Shown: positions 30,129 to 38,990 of the stretch, in pieces
Numbering within the stretch: the stretch's first letter is position 1
Layout: the number at the start of each line of letters is the position of its first letter
From: an uncultured Gemmatimonadota bacterium
GTDB taxonomy: Bacteria; SM23-81; DAOVCL01
Assembly: GCA_964626665.1 (NCBI GenBank)
Contig: CAZVGK010000013.1
Span: 15,628 to 79,627, forward strand
Direction: 5' to 3'
DNA length: 64,000 nucleotides
Notes under the pieces: generated by a model
Databases searched by the model: none
Seen by the model: only the letters and a program-made list of their open reading frames with translations
What the model was told of the DNA's origin: nothing
Translations under genes and position numbers: made by a program

Positions 30129-31376
30129 ATGAAATCGTTCAGCAAGAAGATATTTGTGACTGCTGGCTACAACACCGTCTCGCTGGGCTCCGGGAGAAAG
30201 GAGTTTCATCCGAAGGAGCCCAGGCCAGGCATTGAGCATTATATTAAAGAAGCCGGTCAGGGGGCCTTGGCTCAAATCAACGATCCAGCCAATATCGATG
30301 AAGGGGTAATCACGAATTTTATGATGGGCAGGTATAACCGCCAGGGCAACCGGCCCGGGTTCTTCCCAATGATTGACCCAGCCTTGCGATATAAACCGGC
30401 TACAGGTGTCGAGGGGGCCTGTGGCTCAGGAGGGTTGGGACTCACTGTGGCCTGCAAAACCATACTCGCCGACCTCGCAGATACTGTACTTGTAGTGGGA
30501 TTTGAAGTCCAGAATACGGTGAAGGCGGTCTATGGGGCGGACTATCTCGCCGGAGCGGGTTGGTATGCGGGAGAGAGGAAGCAGGGCCATGCCCATTTCT
30601 TTCCGGCACAGTTCTCGGACAGGGCTGGGGCCTGTTTTGAGAAGTTTGGCAAGGAGAAGGTAAGGGGAGGGATGGCCCACTGGTATGTTCAGGCCATAGA
30701 GAATGCGCGCAGGAATCCCAAGGCCCAAGAATACCACAACTCCACCAAGGACCTCTATGCTACCGCGATGACACCGCCAAACCCAAAGGTTTTCTGTGAG
30801 CACATCAATGTATACGACTGTTCGAAGGTCTCTGATGCCGGGAATGCCCTCATCTTCGCCAGCGAGGAAGGGTTGAAGAAATTGGGCGTCTCTAAGAAAG
30901 ATGCCGCCGAGGTGATAAGCTGGGGCCAATGTGAGGATGACATTACCAAGCCCCCCCCTGATCTCACCAAGTTGACCACTTCGGAGAAGGCCGTTAAATT
31001 AGCCTATGAGGGGGCAGGAGTTTCCATTGATGACATCGGAGTTCTTGAAGTTCATGATTGTTTTTCCATTAGTGGCGTATTAGCAATGGAAGCTGTGGGA
31101 GCTGCCGGATATGGTGAGGGAGCAAACTTTGTGAAAGAAGGAAGAACCCACATTGATGCCGAACTCCCCACTAATGCAACTGGTGGGCTTATGGGATATG
31201 GGCACCCGGTGGGCGCCTCAGGGGTAAGGCAGGCGGTGGACATATTGCATCAACTGACGGGTAAGGCCGGCGATTGCCAGGTGAAGATCGGCTCCGATCG
31301 GCCCTATGGGATGACCATATCGATGGGGGGGAGCGACAAAACGGTGGTGGCAATGGTATTCAGAAAAGCCTCATAG
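30129..31376 (+). CDS. Thiolase family protein (SCP2-like)
   Basis: [39 protein letters not shown]. Confidence 0.88.
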   Translation: MKSFSKKIFVTAGYNTVSLGSGRKEFHPKEPRPGIEHYIKEAGQGALAQINDPANIDEGVITNFMMGRYNRQGNRPGFFPMIDPALRYKPATGVEGACGSGGLGLTVACKTILADLADTVLVVGFEVQNTVKAVYGADYLAGAGWYAGERKQGHAHFFPAQFSDRAGACFEKFGKEKVRGGMAHWYVQAIENARRNPKAQEYHNSTKDLYATAMTPPNPKVFCEHINVYDCSKVSDAGNALIFASEEGLKKLGVSKKDAAEVISWGQCEDDITKPPPDLTKLTTSEKAVKLAYEGAGVSIDDIGVLEVHDCFSISGVLAMEAVGAAGYGEGANFVKEGRTHIDAELPTNATGGLMGYGHPVGASGVRQAVDILHQLTGKAGDCQVKIGSDRPYGMTISMGGSDKTVVAMVFRKAS

Positions 31377-31383
31377 GCTTTTC

Positions 31384-31482
31384 TACGACATTCGGATGGT
31401 GCAGAAGCTCTTGGGCCATAAGGACGTGAAGACGACTATGATTTACACCAATGTCCTCAACCGTGGACCAGCATGCGTTCGG
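31384..31482 (+). pseudogene. intI: C-terminal remnant of an integron integrase
   Basis: Manual translation [33 protein letters not shown] closely matches the IntI tail (YDIRTVQELLGHKDV.TTMIYTHVLNRG..GVRSP). attC sites lie nearby. Confidence 0.88.
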
Positions 31483-31487
31483 GGGGG

Positions 31488-31574
31488 GAATAGGGGACGG
31501 TGGTGCAGAAATTGTCAAACGCTTTCGGCTTGCCCTCCCCTATGTCCTTAATTTCTATTTTTCAGCCTGACCCC
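31488..31574. repeat. About 87-bp repeat (AATAGGGGAC...CCTGACCCC), copy 1 of 3
   Basis: Near-identical at 33154-33241 and 37122-37209. Internal ATAGGGGA/TCCCCTAT stem. Confidence 0.92.
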
Positions 31575-32416
31575 ATTGATGACCCGTTAGGTGACGGCGT
31601 CTCGTCTATTGGGGCTAAGAGGGTATCTCGCTTTAGGAGACGACTTAACCAGATGGCCCCAACAACTAAAATTACGAGACTGAAAGTAACGACTGGCCAT
31701 GGTAAATGCTCCATTTCTTCCAGCATCTCACGCTTGTATCCCATCCTCGATAGTAACGACATGTAGAGAAACCACGAACTGTTTCCCACTGCATGACTAA
31801 CGATCGAAGGAATGAGAGATCCTGTTCTCATGAATAACCACGCGGACGCAATCCCGAACAGAAACGCCCCTACCGCTTGCCATGGGTTTAGATGAAACAG
31901 TGCGAATATGGTAGCTGATGCCAGAACTGCTCTTGTTTTCGAGTATCTACCAAGAAAACCCTGGAGCATCCAGCCCCTAAAATAGAATTCCTCTGCCAAA
32001 GGTGCTACGACGACTGCTGCCAAGAATGAGGCGGTGCGATTCTCCCCCATCATACTTTCAAAGAATTTCTGTAATGATTCTGGCATGGGTACCATTCCGG
32101 CGAGTTCCCCCAGAACAACCGAGGCCCCAAGTGACGCAATTATCAGAGGAAAGACGATTTGACCGGCGATAGGCTTTAGCGGATAGGAGATTCTCCAAGG
32201 TGTTCTCATAATTCGCAGGACAACAAACAGAGTCAGTGCCCAGGCAATAACCTGAACTGCCAGAAATGATGTAGATGCATCAAGGTCAAGCAAGTGAACA
32301 AGTATCCACGCGCTGATAAAGAAGACATAGAAAAGGGCTGAGATTTCTATCGCTTTCTGAATGGTCAGATACTTTGTGGCCACTTGAGCATTTTCGCTTT
32401 GTTGATCCTTGATCAC
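31562..32416 (-). CDS. CPBP family intramembrane glutamic endopeptidase (CAAX protease/Abi), cassette gene
   Basis: APLAEEFYFRG, FALFHLNPWQ, SIVSHAVGN. The cassette begins at GTTAGGC (32472-32478). Confidence 0.92.
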   Translation of the reverse strand: MIKDQQSENAQVATKYLTIQKAIEISALFYVFFISAWILVHLLDLDASTSFLAVQVIAWALTLFVVLRIMRTPWRISYPLKPIAGQIVFPLIIASLGASVVLGELAGMVPMPESLQKFFESMMGENRTASFLAAVVVAPLAEEFYFRGWMLQGFLGRYSKTRAVLASATIFALFHLNPWQAVGAFLFGIASAWLFMRTGSLIPSIVSHAVGNSSWFLYMSLLSRMGYKREMLEEMEHLPWPVVTFSLVILVVGAIWLSRLLKRDTLLAPIDETPSPNGSSMGSG

Positions 32417-32471
32417 ACTGCCCCCCGGTTCTGTGCGGCTATCAACCCGTTCTTGATGCTCTCTGTTCGTC

Positions 32472-32543
32472 GCCTAACGACCAAGCTCACCTGCCGCTAT
32501 GAAGCGTAGCGAAACAGCGGTCAGGTGGAGCGATTGGTCATGG
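32472..32543 (-). other. attC site
   Basis: Minus strand CCATGAC-caatc-GCTCCACCTG...CAGGTGAGC-ttggtc-GTTAGGC. The left core site overlaps the upstream stop codon, and the left L box has an extra base. Confidence 0.85.
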
Positions 32544-32987
32544 TAAATGCTCCAAATCATCTAAATCCTTATGCCTCCCGCTTGCTTTCTTGTTCTTTTT
32601 GAGATCGTCAATCGATATGACGTTGACGGATATTCCATCAATATCAACTGTTTCCCGTCGAGAATAACATTCTGCAAAATCTACTCCAGATGCCCCCGTG
32701 ATGACCTCTATTCGCACTGGTGGATACCCCATTCGAATCACCTTGTCTTTTCCCAAAAACAAACTTTCTGAAATATCACTGTTAGACATACCAAAGTCAC
32801 AAAACACTTTACTCATCTTACGAGCGTTATCTGGAGTGACGGCTATCCAGACATCCATATCACCTGTTGCGCGCGGATAACCATAATAACCAACAGCATA
32901 TCCGCCAACCAGTAAATATTTAACGCCTTGCGAGTTCAGAAGTCTCAAAAAATCTTTGAAGTCTGGATGTAACCCTATCTTGTCCAT
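32538..32987 (-). CDS. Nucleotidyltransferase-fold protein (cassette gene)
   Basis: DFKDFLRLLN..GVKYLLVGGYAVGYYGYPRATGDMDVW...KKASGRHKDLDD. Confidence 0.85.
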   Translation of the reverse strand: MDKIGLHPDFKDFLRLLNSQGVKYLLVGGYAVGYYGYPRATGDMDVWIAVTPDNARKMSKVFCDFGMSNSDISESLFLGKDKVIRMGYPPVRIEVITGASGVDFAECYSRRETVDIDGISVNVISIDDLKKNKKASGRHKDLDDLEHLP

Positions 32988-33126
32988 ATACCATCCTTCG
33001 ATTCAATTCGATAGCCTCTAATCGTTCCTGTGCATTTTTAGAAAGCCAGAAAGCCTTTTCATCGTCTATGTCATCAAGAGTCCCGACCGACAATATCTTT
33101 TTATCGAGCCTCGGCAACTTATCCAT
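32920..33126 (-). CDS. Small hypothetical partner of the nucleotidyltransferase (probable TA pair)
   Basis: 68 aa, FWLSK..QERLEAIEL, RBS AAGGAG, 68-nt overlap with the downstream gene. Confidence 0.7.
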   Translation of the reverse strand: MDKLPRLDKKILSVGTLDDIDDEKAFWLSKNAQERLEAIELNRRMVYGQDRVTSRLQRFFETSELARR

Positions 33127-33153
33127 TTACTCAAACTCCTTGGTTTTCATGGA

Positions 33154-33241
33154 GAAATAGGGGACGGTGGTGCAGAAATTGTCAAACGCTTTCGGCTTGC
33201 CCTCCCCTATGTCCTTAATTTCTATTTTTCAGCCTGACCCC
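33154..33241. repeat. About 87-bp repeat, copy 2
   Basis: Identical core to 31488-31574. Confidence 0.92.
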
Positions 33242-34082
33242 ATTGATGACCCGTTAGGTGACGGCGTCTCGTCTATTGGGGCTAAGAGGGTATCTCGCTT
33301 TAGGAGACGACTTAACCAGATGGCCCCAACAACTAAAATTACGAGACTGAAAGTAACGACTGGCCATGGTAAATGCTCCATTTCTTCCAGCATCTCACGC
33401 TTGTATCCCATCCTCGATAGTAACGACATGTAGAGAAACCACGAACTGTTTCCCACTGCATGACTAACGATTGAAGGAATGAGAGATCCTGTTCTCATGA
33501 ATAACCATGCGGACGCAATCCCGAACGGAAACGCCCCTACTGCTTGCCATGGGTTTAGATGAAACAGTGCGAATATGGTAGCTGATGCCAGGACTGCTCT
33601 TGTTCTCGAATATCTACCAAGAAAACCCTGGAGCATCCAGCCCCTAAAGTAGAATTCCTCTGCCAAAGGCGCTACGACGACTGCTGCCAAGACCATAGCG
33701 ATGCGATTCCCCTTCATCATACCTTCAAGGAATTTCTGTAATGATTCTGGCGCGGGTATCATTCCGGCGAGTTCCCCAGAACAACCGACGCCCAAAGTGA
33801 CGCAATTATCAGAGGAAAAAAGATTCGACCGGCGATAGGCTTTAGCGGATAAGAGATTCTCCAAGACGTTCTCGCAATTCGCAAGGCAACAAACAGAGTC
33901 AGTGCCCAGGCAACAACCTGTACTGCCAGAAATGATGTAGATGCATCAAGGTCAAGCAAGCGAACAGGTATTGCCACGCAGATACAGAAGACATAGATAA
34001 GGGTTGAGATTTTTATCGCTTTCTGAATGGTAGGATGCTTTGCGGTTACTTGAGAATTTTCGCTTTGTTGGTTCTCGATCAC
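33229..34082 (-). pseudogene. Second CPBP protease cassette gene, frameshifted
   Basis: Split into ORFs 33759..34082 and 33229..33864. ttccccag at about 33772 versus ttcccccag in copy 1 is a 1-bp deletion. Confidence 0.88.
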
Positions 34083-34137
34083 ACTGCCCCCCGGTTCTGC
34101 GCGGCTATCAACCCGTTCTTGATGCTCTCTGTTCGTC

Positions 34138-34190
34138 GGCCAACTACGGCTTATATGGTTTCCATATATGAACCTTATATCTGGCGATTT
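34138..34190 (-). other. Degenerate attC (right arm intact)
   Basis: Minus strand ...CATATATGGAAACCATATAAGCCGTA-GTTGGCC, followed by the same cassette start (GACGAACAGAGAGCATC) as after the attC at 32472. Confidence 0.55.
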
Positions 34191-34225
34191 TGCAGGATAA
34201 GAACCCGCGTCATTTCTGGGATTGT

Positions 34226-34459
34226 GAAAGTTAAGGGGTCAGGTCTTGCTTTTTGACCTTCAGGTTTTCCTGCCTGCCCTTGAATAGAGAAAGTACACAA
34301 AGACGATTTATACCTAAGCCTCCTCCAAAGCCGAGAAGAGGAATTCACAAATATGGTAAATGTCCTCCCTTTTAGTTGGGACCCTTGCTGAAAAATTATC
34401 CCCATAGGCTCTTAACCAAAAACTGATTACAAAAATGGCAAAGAGCAAGACTTGACCTC
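34226..34459. mobile_element. About 230-bp MITE-like element with GGGGTCAGGTCTTGC / GCAAGACTTGACCTC ends
   Basis: Terminal inverted repeats. The left ~140 bp are shared with 38991-39135. Confidence 0.7.
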
Positions 34460-34461
34460 AC

Positions 34462-35540
34462 GATTTCCCTGCTTCAATCGAGTCGTTCAACCCGAAATCG
34501 CTGATAATTCAACTGTAGAGTGATTCTTCTCCCGATTTTTTACCGGACGGCGCAAAAGGCGTGGCAGAAAAATCAAAGCAGCGCAGTATTCCTCTGCTTT
34601 TTTGCAGTCTGTCCAATCCACCGATCCAGACGGTGGCTTCTTCCGCACTGTCCTTCATGTCCCGCTGACGCAGGTATTCCCCCCTAGCTTCCACATTGGT
34701 TCGCCAGGCATGATGCGCCTCATCGTTAATAACAATCAGATTGCGGCTGTTTGCCATATCGCCCAGCACCTGACGGGTATAGGCCTCATCGCTCAACACG
34801 CCGCGTTTATCCACGCTTTTTTTCTTCTGGACCTGCTCATCGCTTTCCCACGACAGTTTATGCCAGTTGATTACCTTGATGCGGCCCTGCCGCAACCGTT
34901 CCATCAAGCCCTGGGGAACAATATTGAATTCCTCATAGTAATCCTCAGGGGCAGTGGGATATAACACCGACAAGCGTTTTTTTACGGTCAGTCCCGGAGC
35001 CACAACAAGAACATCTTTGGCAAACCGGGTATTCTGGCGGTTCGTGATCTTGTTCAGCACCTGCCAGGCAATCAGCATGGCCATGATGACCGTTTTGCCA
35101 GTGCCGGTGGCCATCTTGCAGCACCAGCGCGCAAACTCTCCGCCGTCCCCCGGGATCTCAATACCGGTCTTTCCCGCTTCAGGTGCCTCATTCAGCCAGA
35201 TCAGGGTTTCTATGGCTTCCAGTTGACAGAAGAAAAACCGCCTGATTTCCCGTTCCTCCGGGTCCTGCCAGTGATGAAGCAGCCGGCGGGTGATGCCGGA
35301 AACACCGGGATACCCATTCCCCCGCCAGGCCTTTAACCGGGGGCGGATTTTATTGACCAGTTCAATGGGCACAAAGACCCCCGGATCATCAAACCCACTG
35401 CTGTCCGGCATAGTGACAACATATCCGGCAGGCCTGCGACCCTTGCGTCTTTCAAATGAGCGATGTTCCCGGTCATAATGCCAGTAATATTTCGGCTCCT
35501 CATACGGAGAGTTGATGATGAGTTTGTCTATCTGTTTCAT
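34462..35540 (-). pseudogene. Type III restriction Res subunit, N-terminal half (truncated)
   Basis: FFFCQLEAIET, KMATGTGKT, INDEAHH, FSATP. After a TGA at 34509 the homology continues (IISDFGLNDSIEAG) until cut by the 34226-34459 element. Confidence 0.88.
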
Positions 35541-35881
35541 TTTTTCTCTTTATCAAGTATCACCTTAAGAGTTGTGAGAAGCGGCGGCAAATCTGCCTGT
35601 ACCGTTTTCCATACGATTTCATAATCAATCTCGAAATAGGCGTGGACTAAAACATTTCGCATGGATATTACATCCCGCCAATCAATGTTATTGTATTTTT
35701 CTCGGAATGGTTTTGAGATTTTGGAAGCCGCTTCGCCAATAACTTCTATAGAACGAACCGTTGCGTTTGTGGTCATTCTGTCTTTGCAAAATTCTTCAAA
35801 AGTTATGCCCTTACAGAAAGATACAGCAGCTTGCGCTTCTTCAAGTATATGCGATATTCTGGTAATATCATCAATGACCAT
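35537..35881 (-). CDS. HepT-like (DUF86/HEPN) ribonuclease toxin
   Basis: VRSIEVIGEAA, W.D..SMRNVLVHAY (RxxxxH), VWKTV..DLP. Confidence 0.92.
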   Translation of the reverse strand: MVIDDITRISHILEEAQAAVSFCKGITFEEFCKDRMTTNATVRSIEVIGEAASKISKPFREKYNNIDWRDVISMRNVLVHAYFEIDYEIVWKTVQADLPPLLTTLKVILDKEKK

Positions 35882-36173
35882 ACTGTATCACCGCATTCTT
35901 TACCACATCATCCCTGAAATAACGGCTTAGATCATTTGGGGTGTGAAGTTCGACCTCTCTACCTATTAGGTCGGATAGCAAATTTTGAATATGACAAAAT
36001 CCCATAAGGCCTGGCGCTTTCCCAGGCTCAAATTCAATAAGTATATCAACATCGCTGTCCGCGGTCAGTTCATCACGCAAAGCCGACCCAAACAGAGAAA
36101 GTTTTCTGATTCGATATTCACTGCAGATTGACTTCATTTGCTCATCTGAAATATAATCCCCGAGCTTAAACAT
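35871..36173 (-). CDS. MNT nucleotidyltransferase antitoxin
   Basis: LSLFGSALR...DSDVDILIEF...GREVEL. Confidence 0.92.
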   Translation of the reverse strand: MFKLGDYISDEQMKSICSEYRIRKLSLFGSALRDELTADSDVDILIEFEPGKAPGLMGFCHIQNLLSDLIGREVELHTPNDLSRYFRDDVVKNAVIQYGH

Positions 36174-36185
36174 AATAAATCCCCC

Positions 36186-36509
36186 TTATAGTGGTATTAC
36201 CCTTAAGCTTTCAATGCCCCTGTCGTCTATGATTTTTACGGCGATTTTGGTGTTTTCCCCCTTTTTAAAAGGAAGCGAACCCGTCCCCTTAAATGCCTCG
36301 ATCTTTTCCTCATCAATTTCAGCTTTCAGGTTCCTTGCCAGTTTGCTCCAGCCGTCTTTCGCTCCGGCCATAGGGAAAAATACCTGGGATGGAAACAGGC
36401 TGCGGTCGTCATAGTCGGTATCCAGAAGCCACATGGCGATGTTCCCCTTGCCGCCGGAATCCACATTCCCGGTTTTGGGGTTGTAATAATCAAAGCCAAG
36501 CACCTCCAC
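36186..36509 (-). pseudogene. C-terminal remnant of a type III RM methyltransferase (Mod)
   Basis: VEVLGFDYYNPKTG, IAMWLLDTDYD.RSLFP.QVFFP, IAVKIIDDRGIESL. No catalytic core is present upstream. Confidence 0.8.
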
Positions 36510-36511
36510 TT

Positions 36512-36598
36512 GTGAATAGTGAACAGTGGTTAGTGGCGAGTGGACAGTGATTTGAGCTGACCTGTCAATAATTTGCTTATTTCCTCGTAATTGTTTAA
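36512..36598 (-). pseudogene. 3' remnant of a four-helix-bundle gene plus its downstream CCACT/TCACT array
   Basis: Minus strand encodes LNNYEEISKLLTGQLKSLSTRH*, running into cactgtccactcgccactaaccactgttcactattcac. Confidence 0.7.
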
Positions 36599-36659
36599 GA
36601 AAATTCGGGACACTTCCTAAATTTCTCGTTGGTGTTGGCTATCATTCATAAGAAATATG

Positions 36660-36943
36660 GCAGGATACCGCCGCTCGTGAGCGGCGGAGGAATGCCATCC
36701 GCTTTGGGGATCGTTAAGGGGCAAAATCCCCTTAACACAATTCCGCTTTAGCGGGATTGCATTTTTGTCCTCCCGTGGTTATCTTTAGGTAACTAATGGG
36801 AGGACGGAATCATGCCTATTCGAAAAGCAGCCCATGTTACCTATAATATCTAATACCACTTTGTCTGGATTCCCAAGTATCAGAAGATGGTCCTCGATGG
36901 TGAAATTGCTCAGGAGTTGGAGAAACTGATCTATGTGGTGTAG
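36660..36943 (+). pseudogene. tnpA: IS200/IS605 tnpA remnant with flanking hairpins
   Basis: From ATG 36812: MPIRKAAHVTYNI*YHFVWIPKYQKMVLDGEIAQELEKLIYVV*. Hairpin ccgccgctc/gagcggcgg at about 36670. Confidence 0.8.
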
Positions 36944-37209
36944 GGTCAGGTCTTGCCTTTTGCCACCTTGCGCCTTGAGGCTATCCTGCTTAACCGTGAG
37001 TAGCGCCCCCTCAAAATTCCCCAACTTCCCTAAGTTTGTATCCCCACCTATAAAGGCCCTCGTATATACCCTAAATCCTCTCCCTCCCAATATGAATCCT
37101 CCCTTTACCTCCTACATGTGAGAAATAGGGGACGGTGGTGCAGAAATTGTCAAACGCTTTCGGCTTGCCCTCCTCTATGTCCTTAATTTCTATTTTTCAG
37201 CCTGACTCC
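36943..37209. mobile_element. Composite small element with GGGTCAGG ends, including copy 3 of the 87-bp repeat
   Basis: Starts agggtcaggtcttgcc exactly where tnpA stops and ends cagcctgactcc. Confidence 0.6.
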
Positions 37210-37337
37210 ATCGACTTATCCAAGCAACATCAGGATTGTGCAGATTCAATTCGTTCATCTTGAGCATAACGAAAAAAGCCACGAACCGTTCATCAACCTG
37301 CTGTTTGGACCATTGACAGACTTCGTCGATTGGCTGC

Positions 37338-37401
37338 GCTATAACGCCATCGAGCTCAGCCGCCCGCCGTCAGGCGTGTCGGCTGAGGAGAGGGGTTGGG
37401 C
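37338..37401 (-). other. attC site
   Basis: Minus strand GCCCAAC-ccctct-CCTCAGCCG...CGGCTGAGC-tcgatggc-GTTATAGC. Confidence 0.88.
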
Positions 37402-37417
37402 AGTGGCATCTTATAAA

Positions 37418-37648
37418 TTATGCAGACACAAGTGCACGAACGTGAAGGATTTCCTCTCGGCGCATTGGACGAATGTCCTCTATGGACAATGTTACAACAG
37501 CCACTGTCTCCCCTTCCCCTGTCACAAGCTCCACTTCGAATGCTTTCTCATCCCTGTAGCAATGAACCACTGCACCAACATCGCTACGTTTAAGGCCATA
37601 ATCTTCTAAATCACTTATAAGAACCACGGTATCCAATTCCCTGATCAT
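37418..37648 (-). CDS. DUF4926 domain protein
   Basis: MIRELDTVVL..DL...GLK..DVGAVVH.Y....FEVE.V. Confidence 0.85.
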   Translation of the reverse strand: MIRELDTVVLISDLEDYGLKRSDVGAVVHCYRDEKAFEVELVTGEGETVAVVTLSIEDIRPMRREEILHVRALVSA

Positions 37649-37653
37649 CATTC

Positions 37654-38004
37654 CTACCACTCCTTTGCTCTTTTGATCGGATAGGCCGTTATGGGTCGAG
37701 GATTCTCATCTTCGGCCTCCAAAATCCATATTGTGCGTATGCGGACAACAGTTCCCTTTGGCGTTTTCAAAAGGCCACCAATTACATACTTCGTGCCATG
37801 GGGAAGGGTTATGCTTTCTCTTACCTCGTTTGTTTGTGCAATTGCCAGTAGTCCCTGTTCCAACTGCTCAACGGTAGTTTCATCAAAGCCGAAGGGACGG
37901 AAAAACTTGGCTTTGGACTTCCCCACAGCATGCGTTTCTGAGAGTAAATAGCCAGTGAGTTTGCTCGGCGGAATATAAGCCTTTTCTTTGTTCGGGAGTC
38001 GCAT
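37654..38004 (-). CDS. DUF6883 domain protein (probable toxin partner of DUF4926)
   Basis: AYIP.SKL..YLLSETH..GKSKAKFF...GF...YG/HGTKYVI...IRTIWI...PR.ITAYP. Confidence 0.82.
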   Translation of the reverse strand: MRLPNKEKAYIPPSKLTGYLLSETHAVGKSKAKFFRPFGFDETTVEQLEQGLLAIAQTNEVRESITLPHGTKYVIGGLLKTPKGTVVRIRTIWILEAEDENPRPITAYPIKRAKEW

Positions 38005-38096
38005 TGGTAAATGTGTTCTGTTAAGCTGGTAAGCGGGTTACGATCTAAATTGTAATCGGCTTTGTAAAATTTGCCAACCCAAAAGATGCCATATCT

Positions 38097-38171
38097 GCCT
38101 AATGCCAAACATCAACCGCCGCGGAAGGAGCGTTAGCGACATTAGCGGTCGGCTGCATGTTTTTGTTGGGC
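38097..38171 (-). other. attC site (right core mutated GTT>ATT)
   Basis: Minus strand GCCCAAC-aaaaac-ATGCAGCCGACCGC...GCGGCGGTTGAT-gtttggc-ATTAGGC. Confidence 0.85.
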
Positions 38172-38198
38172 GGCATCGGTGTGGAATGCTTACTATTG

Positions 38199-38990
38199 TC
38201 AACCATAACGCCTCGTATCAAAAAAGCTTCCTGCATCACGACAATAATAGTCCCATACAGCATCTAAAACATTTGCAGAAGTTTTCTGATTCCACACTGC
38301 GCGCGTTCCTTCAGGGTGCCAACTACCATGATCCGAAATATAGGCGGAAAAAAGTCCAATCTTTGAATTTGCGCAGTTTGTTTTCAATCGCCCAAAGCAT
38401 CGGCCAATTAGGTCCGCCGGCATCATGTCCGCGTCGGTGTACGTTAGTTCTTCACACTCTCCAGTTTCTGCATTCGTAAGACGGGTCACGCCTACATTGC
38501 GCCAACTTTCACGCGGACTTTGATCAGAAACGATTAGATGCCCTACCGCGACATAAGGAAAACCGGCATCTATAAGAGCTTGGGTCTGAGAAAACCCGAA
38601 CTGGTTTGGCGATTTTCCTTGTTTGGCGAAAGAGGATCGAACGGCTTTCAGCTCAACCGCCAAAGTTTTAGAGAGTACCAATGTATCTCCTTCGTAGGGG
38701 ATAATTAAAAGGTCAATATCGCCAGGAAACAACACGCCGTGCAATATGGCATTTGTTTGAACAAAACCGCGGATGAATACTCCGCTGTTTTCTGGCATCG
38801 ACGCGAAATACTCTGGTAAAAGTTGCTGATAGCAAAACCCAAACAGCCTTCTATTTACGACCAACTTGATACCCAGAACTTTTTCATCTTCCTTCTCGAG
38901 AAGCTTTTTGGGAACGACAAAAACTTCTGATCCGCCATGTAAATATTGCGGGCGAATATTGATCGGCTTGCGATAGTCTTCGATATCCAT
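38199..38990 (-). CDS. Hypothetical cassette protein with a PD-(D/E)xK-like motif
   Basis: FPGDIDLLII...LAVELKAV...FGFSQ. Start set at ATG 38990 because the longer ORF reads through a repeat element. Confidence 0.65.
   Translation of the reverse strand: MDIEDYRKPINIRPQYLHGGSEVFVVPKKLLEKEDEKVLGIKLVVNRRLFGFCYQQLLPEYFASMPENSGVFIRGFVQTNAILHGVLFPGDIDLLIIPYEGDTLVLSKTLAVELKAVRSSFAKQGKSPNQFGFSQTQALIDAGFPYVAVGHLIVSDQSPRESWRNVGVTRLTNAETGECEELTYTDADMMPADLIGRCFGRLKTNCANSKIGLFSAYISDHGSWHPEGTRAVWNQKTSANVLDAVWDYYCRDAGSFFDTRRYG

Noticed and set aside
34507-34511. In-frame TGA in res as selenocysteine or recoding
   Set aside because: It replaces a Trp position and homology is cut about 15 codons later by an inserted element; a simple nonsense mutation suffices.
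36960-37120. ORF 36785..37090 as a gene
   Set aside because: It spans the tnpA remnant (antisense) and the interior of a GGGTCAGG element, with no family motif.
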